In this document: positions 26,721 through 38,700 of the stretch, piece by piece
How the letters are laid out: every line of letters starts with the position of its first letter
Numbering within the stretch: the stretch's first letter is position 1
From: Tubiluchus corallicola
Taxonomy: Eukaryota > Animalia > Priapulida
Direction: 5' to 3'
Assembly (NCBI GenBank): GCA_030141605.1
Contig: JAQGDQ010000046.1
Coordinates: 682,001 to 746,000 of the forward strand
DNA: 64,000 nucleotides
The notes under the pieces: model-generated
The model's input: only the letters and a program-made list of their open reading frames with translations
Database searches by the model: none
Told to the model about the DNA's origin: nothing
Program-made: the position numbers and the translations under genes

Positions 26721-28880
26721 TTTGAGATATGACTTTGATATCATTTTATGTGAAATTTGTAATCAGTTTGAAAAAAAAATTACTTCTTGCTTTTCAGCTT
26801 GTCCAGAAAAGGGAATATTTTAGAACATGCATCAAGACATTAGAAAAAAGACATTAGACATTAATCAAGCAAAAAATTGTCACAGTACAAAGTTTTAAAC
26901 ATAATAATTATTACATAAAATATGCAATACTAGAATATATATTTGTTAGAAATACATTTTTATGAAAAGTTGTCAAAGTATACTCATCTTCGATATCCAA
27001 ACGTGAACTTATTATAAAGGCCATCTATAGTTTAAACTGTCATCTATAATTTAAAAATGCTTAGACACTGATTAAAAATTAAAGGCTGACCAGCTAATTT
27101 AATGTACCAATGCATTTCAATTAGCACACCGGATAGTTGCTCAGTGTCACACTCTTACATAGAAGCAAGTAATGCACGTGTGTTCGTTTTGTCCTTACGC
27201 TGCTTATGTTTTGAAGTAACTAAGGTTATCTTTAATTCTCAGTTTTAATAATTATTTTGTTCATGCAAACTAGAGAGATGGCAGCTGCATGCTGAAAATA
27301 ATTCAATTACATGCCTTTATTGCTGTGCAGTGAAATTACTGGCTGATTAGCTGAGTATTAATTAACATTAGCTAGCATTTGATGACAATCAATAAACCAT
27401 TCCGACAAGGCCAGGCTGTTTCCAGCCATAAAATCAAAACTGTCATCACAATGTTGAGCATTTCTTCCCAAAATACTATAATGTCCTTCATATAATTTAT
27501 GCAAATATCTGTACATAAATTTCTCAGTGCGTAAGCGTTGCTATAGTTACAAAGAAATGCTAGCTCGTAAAAACTGGGGATTTAACAAAATACTATTAGG
27601 AAGCTAAATAAAACGGGCTTTAAAGGTAATCACTGCAAAGTTGTCTAATTGCATCTTGCTTAAAAAATTGTTGTTTACTGCTTAGAGTTATGCCACGCCT
27701 TACTATGTTTTTATTTAAGAACCCCCAATGACACAATTGGTCCATACAGACAAGCAACACTCTGCCACAGCTGAAAAGAAAAATGGCATCTTGTGGAAGC
27801 TTGCAGAAGGAAGAATGAGCACAGTGGAATTAGGCTGGTGGCTACACATAAAAAGCAATCACTCAAATTTTCTTTTTAAAAGAGTAGAAAATAATCATGT
27901 TAAAAATGTAGTGTGAAAAGTCTAACCTTATCAACTCAAGAGACATAACAATAAAATATTAAATGCAATTGCCCCTGTTTGCATAAAATTTAATTCAGTC
28001 GAACAGTTCATATGCTCTAGTTACAAATTCTCAGGTAAAATGGAGACGAAGCCATTTTGACAATTGTTGCTATGATGTTTAATATGTTACCGAAACTGCT
28101 TTTGTTTATTGGCTTTACTATAAACAGTACTGTATATTCTAATGATGTATTGTCAGTAGCATACTCAATGAGTTGTAACATAAATATATTGAAGAATGGT
28201 ACAACACAAGCATTTCTGATTATATTTCAATAACTAACAGAAGCCTTTACCGAATTACATCACAAAAGCTACCTAATCTTTTTAACTAAACCTAGGAGCA
28301 CAAAACCACCTAGTAACACTAATTACACTGTCTCACTACTGAATAGCACGAGCTTTAAATGTAAACAGAATATCTTTGAGGATGAACTTGAAATCTTAAA
28401 GATCTCAATCTTTTATCACCCACTTATTACTGACTTATCATTTATCAGTTACTTCTCCTTTATTTTAAAACTCCCACTCTGTTCCTAATCTCAGTCTGTA
28501 AAGTCTGTCAAATATAATCACTGCATTTGATTATAGATGTGGAAGAAACCTTTTTATTTGTTTCGTTCTTGAGCCGCAGATAACTTCATCGGCACAGATT
28601 TTGGCAGCACCCATTAACAAGTTCTGCACAAACGATGGCATCACATTTTGTTTAGACACCTTTCTGACGATTGCACAAACTTCTTAAGCTTAAATAAAAC
28701 CTTTAAGATTTAGAATGTCAAAAATTGTGTTGCCGTAGTCAGTACTTTGCAAATTCCAAATTTCTAAAAACACAATTCCATTTCACTGATAGTATAAATT
28801 TGTCAAAGTTGTTCACAGCGGTCTCAGCTTATGACACTCTAAGTGTGACTGAAAGTTCATGTGCCGGTAGCAGAGCCAAG

Positions 28881-28985
28881 AACACCACCACTGGAAGTGT
28901 GGATCTCTTTCTACCAACTTCTGTGATGCACAAAACACCACCACTGGAAGTGTGGATCTTATTCTACCAAATGCTGCGATGCTGC
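28881..28985. repeat. 53-bp tandem duplication (2 copies)
   Basis: AACACCACCACTGGAAGTGTGGATCT at 28881 and 28934. Confidence 0.9.
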
Positions 28986-29603
28986 AAAATTTCACAAAAT
29001 GCTTGTATACACTGGACAAGAATTGTACTAAAATATATTAAAATTTGAGGTGTGCCACTTAGCAGCATTACTCTGTGGTCTGTGTGCTAGAAGCCTGTGT
29101 TTAACTATTCACAGATTTCTTCAAGTTGCATTTTATCACATTATGTAACTTCTCATCAGTTTTGTTTTTCAGGAAATTTCAAATACTATAGTCTTACGCA
29201 CAATTCACAAAATCCACATTGACTGCAATAATTTATTCAACCCATCACTACTTACACAATCATTGGACAGTTATCAAAATCTATCTATCAAAGTCATGAT
29301 AAACCATGAATACACGTGAATAAATCGTAAACAACGTACAAATCTTGTTTTTATTGGTAACAACACACAAATTTTGATATTGAGACAGTGACATCCTGAA
29401 AGTATTTAAAGAAGCGAAGTGCAAATTTAATTATCATTTCAATAAGGGTGTGATGAGAAACCCTAAAATGTTATAATTCTGCAGGTAACAGAACTAGTAC
29501 GATTTATTATGAAGCTACTACAAACCTGGATAACAATGTTTCACTCAAGCAGTTAAAATTTACTCTGTTACACTTGTGCTTAGTTAGACTAAAGATGCAG
29601 GTG

Positions 29604-29748
29604 TTATAACTGACAATGATGAGTCCATCGGGGGAATGGGATCGCATCTTTGATGTTTTTAATGCCTAAAAGCCATTGCAAGCAGCGTTCAAAACCGAGT
29701 CCGTAACCACCAGTTGGAGCAGAACCATGCCGTCTCAGATCTACATAC
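29604..29748 (-). CDS. NARS2: NARS2 last coding exon
   Basis: [47 protein letters not shown]; candidate AATAAA on the - strand at 29503-29508. Confidence 0.96.
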
Positions 29749-32700
29749 CTAGAAGCCAGTCACATAACTGTTACGATTAAACATAAAACTTCTTTAAAAA
29801 TAAACCAGTGATAGTCTGCATAAAAGGTATATTACATTCTTGGTACATTTACTAAAGTGGCCTTACCAGGATAATTTTTCTCTCAAGTTTTGCTTAGCTA
29901 TAACAGATTCTAATGCATCTAGTCTTTCCTCACGAAGGCTTCCTCCACACATCTCCCCTACTTCTGGGAACAAAAGATCAAAACAGGCTACCTACAATAA
30001 AAAAGTAAAGAACTTTGGGTAAATTACTACTTAACTGATTAAAATGAGTATTTAATAAAGTTAGAATAAGTTATTAACAGCCCAATAGAAAATCACTTTA
30101 TATGATAACACAAATTTATCTCAGATCAGGTGCTTAAAAATGCACTGTGAGAGTTGACTAGCCAGTTAGTAAATTTTAGTTACCCATAATTAATGATATT
30201 TGTGAGCAATGAAAGCTATGACAATATTAAGATAACATGAAACTAAACATGCCTTAACAGGCAGAATTATCACCTGAACTTGAAAAATATTTAGAAATGA
30301 CTTGACTCGTGACTTGCTCTCTTGTACGTTATTAAGCTGATGGCTAATAATAGAAGCATAATCTACTTATTTAAAATGCATGGTGCATGAAGTAAAGTTT
30401 GCAAAATAAATGCAGTAATACTTGATTCCTTTGAGTAGTAAGATGAACATAAGCATTTTAATATGGACTGCAGTTAAGCAGAAATGCTGAGCACTCACCT
30501 TGCGATATTTGCATGAAAACTATTACAGGTAGGATTGATACTATTTCAAATTATGTGCATAATGAATTGTCCAGTAAAGCACGAACATTTCTGTATGTAG
30601 TTCAAAGCCCCAGCTGATCAGCTTAGAACATTGTTGGTCTAACCAGCAGAATTATTAAATCAGCATTGAGTTGAAAGCAGGCAGTCATGACTCAAATACT
30701 TGTTCACCTTGAATTTTTGTTACTTCTTACATTTAGAATATATGTAATTTCCTCTAAGATAGTAGTGGCAACAACAAAAAATGTTTAGCTTCACGTGAAG
30801 TATTTACCGTTTTGCCGTCATCATTTAGTCGCATATAAAATGGCTTGATTTCACGGGGCCAGTCAGTGATAAAGACGGGTATTTTTCCACAATGCTTCAC
30901 CAAACAATCTTCTTGTGCCTTATTTAAATCAGATCCCCAAATTGATGCAAAGCCATGCCTTGATAAAATATCTATGGCTTCAGTGTATGATAATCTAAAA
31001 AAACATGTATATAATGTGCTGAACAGTAGTCAATCAATCGTGCACAAAAAACAATAATGACAAAAGTGGTAAAATGCTCTAAGATTTCGTATTTCTTAAT
31101 TATCCTTTCTGAACAGTGGTTAAAAATGCTGTTATAGCTGAGGGTTGGTAAAGTGGTGAGTCCCCTCTACTAATAAGAACTTTTCATGCCATGTGTCTCC
31201 TAAAGCCTCTAAAAATGAGTCCAACTTCTAGTTTGCTAGTGGCAAAACAGCTTCTATTGACAGGAAGACCGGCTTTGGCAGGTCACTGGCACCTTGAAAC
31301 CAATTACTCTGGGCAGATGAGGCTCATTAACCTTGGAACAGAGAATGTCTACCTAGTCTAAGAGAAGTGAACTCCAAAATCAATGACCTGCTGAGGGAGA
31401 TAACCCTAAAGAAATTCGGAACACAGACTGTGGAACCACATCTATCCGGCAACTCCTAAAACTCTTGTACTGCTTGCAGTTCTTGAAGTTTTTCAGCAGA
31501 GTCTAAAGGGGCAGGGGCAACAATGTGTCTCCATATTTCCTGCTCAGGCTATTCTTTGCAAATCAAGGGAGAGAGCACTCCAGCAAAAAATATGGGAAGC
31601 AGCAGTTACCAGCTGAGGTAACTCCAAACACGACTGGCATCATGCTAAGACAACAGGAGTACTTTTGAAAGCAGGAAAGGTCATCAGGCCTCACTCAAAC
31701 AGCTACCACCTGCTTTAAACTGGGCAGCCTCCAGTCAATAAGGTGCTGTTCCACCATAGTTTATCTACTGCACTGAGTGTTCATAGCAAGGAACTTTAAG
31801 GGTTCTCAAAATGGACTGTAAATTTTGCACCAGTCAGCACATTGCAAATAATAACTTAGAATGCAAGGATTTTGATACCTGGCATCTAGTAACTTACTAA
31901 CCATTATAGGTGATTGTCGTAAGACAACTACAATCACACACAAAACTAAAGAGATGGGTTATACTACTCAGAGCTATCAGCCATGAAAACCGCCACTCCA
32001 CTTTTTGTAGATTCTGGGAAGAAGGGGTGGTACTTATGTATGATGAGTGACACTTGTACGTTATACTCACATCAGACCCATTTGCATGAAACATATGAAG
32101 AAAAGAAGTTTTTGCAAAATCCTAGGCATATGATGGAGTATCATGTTACTAACACCAAGTGCTTGACACGGCTAACACCTTGTCATTGCAGTCCATGTTA
32201 AAACAATTCTAACCGAAATGCGCAGGCCATTTGGTTAGGGTGTCCAAATGATAGAATTCCAAAGGACATATTCTATGGAGAACCGAAAGAAGGCAGGTGA
32301 CCAAGAGGCAGGCCATATCTGTGGTTTAATGATGTACTAAAAAGATCTGAGTTCTTCAGCATGAATGCTAAAAACCGGGAAACCGTCATCTTGGACAGAA
32401 AGAAGACAGGTAGAAGTCACTGTTTGATGAGGTCAAGCACAATGAAAAGGGACTCCGGCAAGCATGGGCATTCCAGTGTACCAACTGTGGAAGACCCTGC
32501 TCCCTTCGCATAAGTTTCTACAATCGTCAATGGAGATATATCACACAATAGATTTGCAATGAGGAACTAATAGTCTGTACTACTAAAGAAGTCATTACGC
32601 TACGTTTTTAAATATGTTCAACATAATCTTTATAAAGAATATTATGGTACATGGCTGAGAGATAAAGAAATATGCTCAGATGATTAGTTTAGCAGGCTGG

Positions 32701-35700
32701 AAACCGAAGTAGCCTCGAATGTTGTATTTAGATCTTGGGGTAAAATAAAAAGGAAAGCTATTCATCTTCGTTAGTTTGCTAGGTATTCATTTTTGTAAGT
32801 AACTTATGCAAAGTGAGCCTAAAAAACTAATGTAAACAGCTTAGATAATAGGCAAACATAAACAGAAATTACTCAAAGTAAATACTACACTTTATAGATA
32901 GCATATTATCAAATTTGCCCACCTTTTAAATTCTTCTAATATGATGTTCTCAATGTGGTTCTAAAATAGGAAACAAATAAAAATCAGTGGCCAATAAACA
33001 CTGCAAGTTTACTAAATCTGTTGCACACAAAAATACAAATTTCTCAAGCTAAAGGCTGTTGCACAGCTGGTGTGTAGATAATATAATGAACTTACAAAGA
33101 TAATGTGCCATAATCGAACTAGTAGATACAGTGATGAGGTGCATACAAGACTCTATCAGCATCATTATCAATATCAGACACTTATGTTTGGCTACAGTTT
33201 TCAAATTAACTGCCTGTCTAGTCTTTCCCACAGAAAACTGGTTAGGTCAAATAGTGAATTGCTTTCGCTGCAGTTTTCTGGCTATTTAGGACACTGTAAT
33301 TGTTACTAGCTTGTTTTAGTTCCTTATTTGCAATATCATACAGCTTAGCAATTATTCAGGCTTGCACAAGCTATATTGTCTATGTTCTTGTGTCCACGCT
33401 ACATATTATGCTATATTCCAACTCTCTGGATTTCTAGTATTGAAGTTGCAGTTAGAATTATTAGCCTAAACCCATCTATTTGCAAGTGTATATACTATAA
33501 TAGCTGGCAATTTGTATGAGGTGAAAATGATCAATTAGTGATTTGAGTGGCGATTATACATGCAGTCAGTATCCTGAAGATTAACTAATGTGTAATAGTG
33601 CATCAGTATAGCAGGGTATCAAGGTTTCTGATACTTGTATTGTTAATAATGTTCAGTACACTAATAAAGAATTTGATTTTAAATACAAGTACACATATTC
33701 ATTAACCAATGATGTTTTAGTTCTAGTTTAAGATATGTTTCTAGACAAAGGATCAATGAACAAGCAAGTGCATTACATTATTACACCATGTTTGTAGCTA
33801 ACATTCTCTATCTGAAGGACAGGATCATTTTCAGGAGTTAATGATGTGGACTAACATACACTGTGGAGGAGAAACCAGGTTTTACTAGAAAATACTAGAA
33901 CAGACTGTACTGGAAACAAATGAATGAGGAATTTCCCAAAGTGGAAGAGACCACAAAGACATAGTTGCTGTGAAATGTGGTCTCCTACGCATACCCTAAG
34001 CAAACAGTTTCCGTCAGTACTAACCAGTGAAAATTTTTTCTCTTAATCCATATTTGATAATACTTTTAATGAGAATAAATGTTTTAACTGTTATGTTTGT
34101 TAACAAATGCACTTACAGATACAGCAATAACAGACCAACAAACCAAATTCTCAAACAATCAAAATTAAAGTTATGTGAGAGCAAGGTCACCATGTACTTA
34201 AGGCACAAGAAAACACTCTTCAAAAATAAAGCTTAAAAAATTGGCCTTGAAACTTTATATCACATCACATGCAGAGCTTGCATTGGCAGTAACCCTGTAT
34301 AAAATTAGTAAATTTAAACTCCCACAAAACAGTTAGACACAGTCAATTTAACAGTAAGTCAAATGAAACAAGTTTAGGTATCACTGTGTAAAACTTGGAA
34401 AAATAATCATAGCACATTCTTCACTAACTAAATAAAAGTTCATTGTCAATAAGATCAAGAATGTGTTTTTTGGAGATCAGTGATGCACACAGGGATGGCG
34501 AGGACAATTAAATTATCAAGAATATTATTTTTTAACTACATAAGTCTTTCAAACAGATAAGTGTAATACTAAGTAGTATAACTTTGTATGAAAAGTTGTT
34601 TGGGATATACTTTAAATTCCCTTTTCTTCCCCTTTAAGCAAATAAATTGAGCAATATCAAGCCTGGTCAGTAAGTGGATGAATGCTTCTGGGTACTTTCA
34701 TCTGCCATTCTGCCACTGATTCCTTATGCCATTGAGAGAAGACTTACAAGCATCTGAAAGTGGCTAATACACCTCTGTCAGATCAGTTTCTCATCTTAAT
34801 GATTAACCATGATAATAAGCTATGTTTTACTTCTAACACAACAATGTGCACCTACAGACAGAAATAAGGCCTTTCTTTATATAAGCAGATACGGTGCAAG
34901 TCATTCCTAACATGCATTTTGGAGTTCCTTTAATCTGCTTACCTGGTGATTTTTTGGTGCAACATGTTTAAAATAAATATTGACATCTTCCATGCAATTC
35001 TCCAAAACACGCTTTGACATAACTTTCATTAATTCTTCACTATTCTAAAATATAAATAAGAGGTTTTAAGACTAAAACAGAAAACAAATGTGTTGTTACA
35101 TAACATGTACATAATATAATTCAGGAATGTCTTTCAAACCCACGTGACTTTAGAAAAAGTCATAAAACAGATTAGTTTACTAAACTTAAGAAGCTGTATG
35201 TAAAGAAGGGCATGAAATATGCTCTTGATATAGGACAGCAGCTGAGAAAGACAATATATCTTAATTTTTAACCTTATTCATGCATATATGGCAACCTAGA
35301 AAAAAGACACTTTACTAAGTTAAAAAATTTTTGCAATTTAAACCTATACTGTTGACATTTGGCTCAAGTTCGCACTTGAATATTGTTTGACATTTTAATG
35401 CTACAAATTACTTATGTGTTATAGTTTTCTTTTAGCTAAAACATTAAAATAAAATATTATCTAAACAGCTAGTGTATAATAGTGCTGATGACAAGATGTT
35501 TTGTCTACGCAGAAAAATAAGCTGGTAAGTGTGACTTATTATTTTAAAATATATAGGGCAGAATGTCAAAATTTATACACTTACTTCTAAAATAAGACTA
35601 AGAGAGTCAGCAAATGCTATTTCAGCTTCAACCATGTAAAATTCTGCTAGATGATGCCGTGATACTGTATTTTCAGCACGAAATGCTGGGCTAAATGTGT

Positions 35701-38700
35701 AAACTTTAGACATACCACTGGAGAAAAAAGCAGACAATATAGGTACTGGTGTAGTAAAGTGCAGTGAAGTAGGAGTGAATTTAATTAACTTCAAAAATGT
35801 AGTTTGCATATGGAAATTTGTATCAAGTTACGTGTTTTTTAATTGGCATGCAAAAAGTTACAATCAAGAAAGCAAGAAACCTTTTAACGTATCCTAATTT
35901 TAATAGGTTTTTCTATACAGTTAAAGGAAAAATACTCGTATTTAAAAATGTGCAACCTCAAATGAAAGCAGCCATTTATTTGCATGCCTTTAATTTGAAA
36001 TAATGCACAGTCCACTCAAAGTTTGGTTTTAATAAAAAAACTGCCGCTTGTACTGAAAGGTTCAGTTCATAGAATTTTTATCTCGTCATTCATATGGTAA
36101 AACTATTTTTGATTCAATTAAAATTTAAGTAGTTGAGTTTAACAAATAAAAAAGCAACAAAAGAATATTACATGAACGTAAATTCGCTTCAAAAGCTCAT
36201 ATCCGAGGACAGGTGTAATAGACTTTGAAATTAATGACAAAAACAACTACTATTCTTGAAAAATCAAATTTTAAAAATGAAAACTCTTACTTACTGAGCT
36301 ACAGCTTCTAAATGAAGTTGGGCAGACACCGTTAAATAAACAGGCTTATCGAAAAAATGAGAACCAGTTTTTGATTCGTCAGAGTGATCATCACCATCGT
36401 GATTGTTGTCATCATTATAACTATTTTCTGCTTGTGGTAAAGGTGTACTGGATGGCTATAATAAAAAGTGAATTTATTTACCTATATATACGTAATTATT
36501 TGCTGCAGACACACTGAAAATGAAACAAATGAAATAATTAATGTACTGATGATAATTCGAATAAACAGCTCAATTCAATATTAATATGTGATAAAGTTTC
36601 ATACTAACATGATACTATTGTATCTTGTCTATACAAAACATTTTTGTGAAATGACAAAGACTTGAACTTTCGTTTTACCTACAAAAAAGTTACCTCACAT
36701 TGTGCTGTATGCAGAGAAAAAGATAAAGTACAGTTACTTGGAAAGAAAACTGCCAATACAGTACAATATTTAAAAGTTTTATAAGGTTGCTGAGCTTTTT
36801 CAAAACTGCTATTGGAATTGAAAATTGTGACATGGGAAATAAAGGTATTAAGACATAACAGGTATACATGATAATAATGGTGCAATACGGTAACGGATTT
36901 CTAAGACTAATAATCAGTACAGTAAATTTGCTGGTTAAAGGTGCATGATGACTTCTTCAATTAACTTTTGAAGTAAAACAAAATTTTAACAATTTTTGCT
37001 TATTCTGTAATTATCATCACTATCCCACAAACTAAAACATAGTTTTTCATGAATTTTGGTGAAAGAAAGCTCTGTTTCAACCGCTTCAAGAATTTACAAT
37101 AATAACAATTTTCACTAATGGCCGGATATGATTAACAGACTGGATAGATATAAACACCTACAAAAAAGTAGCAGCAAAGTAAAATGGCATAGGAGCCACT
37201 TACAGCTTTGCGAAATGTGCTCTAATATGAAATCATATCATATAATATATAAGATAAACAACAGATTCTATTCTCAAAGCTATTTATGCATGCCACGATT
37301 TATTTTGTATCAATTAGCAGAAGTCAGAACGAAAAGGAGTAGCACAAAATCTTAGCATACAAACGCACAAAAACTTACAAATATTAATGTATAATACCTG
37401 GACGAGAAACACTTCGCCTGCTCCTTCACAATCATTGCTAGTTAAAAGTGGTGTGTGAACCTGAATGAAACCTAAATCCTGCAAAACTAACAAAATTAGT
37501 TTAAGCAAAATACATCATATAATTAAGATTTCCTATGACTGAGAAAAGCAAAAGCAAAGTCCGAGTACGAAGCAAATGCCCAAACGAAACCTATGCTACC
37601 AAGGGGTAATATATATGAATCAATAATAAACAAATAATTAGGGAATAAAAACAATTTTCAAATTCACGACCAATACAAGGCCCCCAAAATAAATTCATAA
37701 AAGAAACAAAAAAGTAAAATAATTTAGCTTTATCAACAAGGCAACTACAGACAAGCCTCACCAAAAGTATGTCACAAATAACACAGTAACTCCATAGTTT
37801 CTTAAAATTCTGCAGGAGTTACTATGCACAATTTTTGTTTGTGTTAGCGTGTATAAACTTTCTTACAACAGCAAATTATTTACGAAACTAGAATTACGGG
37901 GTTCATAAATTCATTAAATTTTCACTGTCTATTAGTTAAATGCACAAAATGTACAAACATATTACATAAATTCTTAGCATCGTATTGCTACCTTACAGGA
38001 GAATAACTCTAAAACTTCTATCTGCAAGAGTCGAGCAGATATAAAATCAGGACATTCAAGTAAATATTGAACTTAACAGAAATTAATTGTAAATATCATG
38101 CATTTGTGCCATTGCAAGATGTATGAACTATGAAGCATCAGCCTCAAGCATTAGAAAGCAGTGTAAACTAAATTTGTTTAATAATATAAGCTGAGCAAAC
38201 TAAGAAATTGACATTATTTGCTTCAAACACAATCTTTGATAATTACAAAAAAGGTAACACTAATATTCACAGTAAAATTGGTACACTTTGACTCCACTTG
38301 AGTCTTTTTCTCAAATATGTAATAGCTAAAATTTAAGTTATAGGTATACACAACATGTTACAGCTTCTATACACAGAATTCATCATACTACAAATGCTAT
38401 GAAAGTGGGTTTGTTGCTGTTTTTTATTCCCACTTGTCTTACACTGGGCGTCTGTATGTTCTAAAACCGGTCTAGCAAAATAAATACGATAGTTTTAAGT
38501 ATTTTGTATGCCATTTGCTCTTACCTGGTAAAATCGATGTGTCTCATTTGTTGCCGAGTTGCGTATTCTTAAAAGCGTTGCAAACAAGTTTGTCCGAGGC
38601 CTAAAGTGTAGATGTTGCCTTGTAAACGATGAAGTGTGTCGCACTTTGGACATAAATGGATATGTCTAAAATTATAAAATAAGTTAAAATCAACACATCA

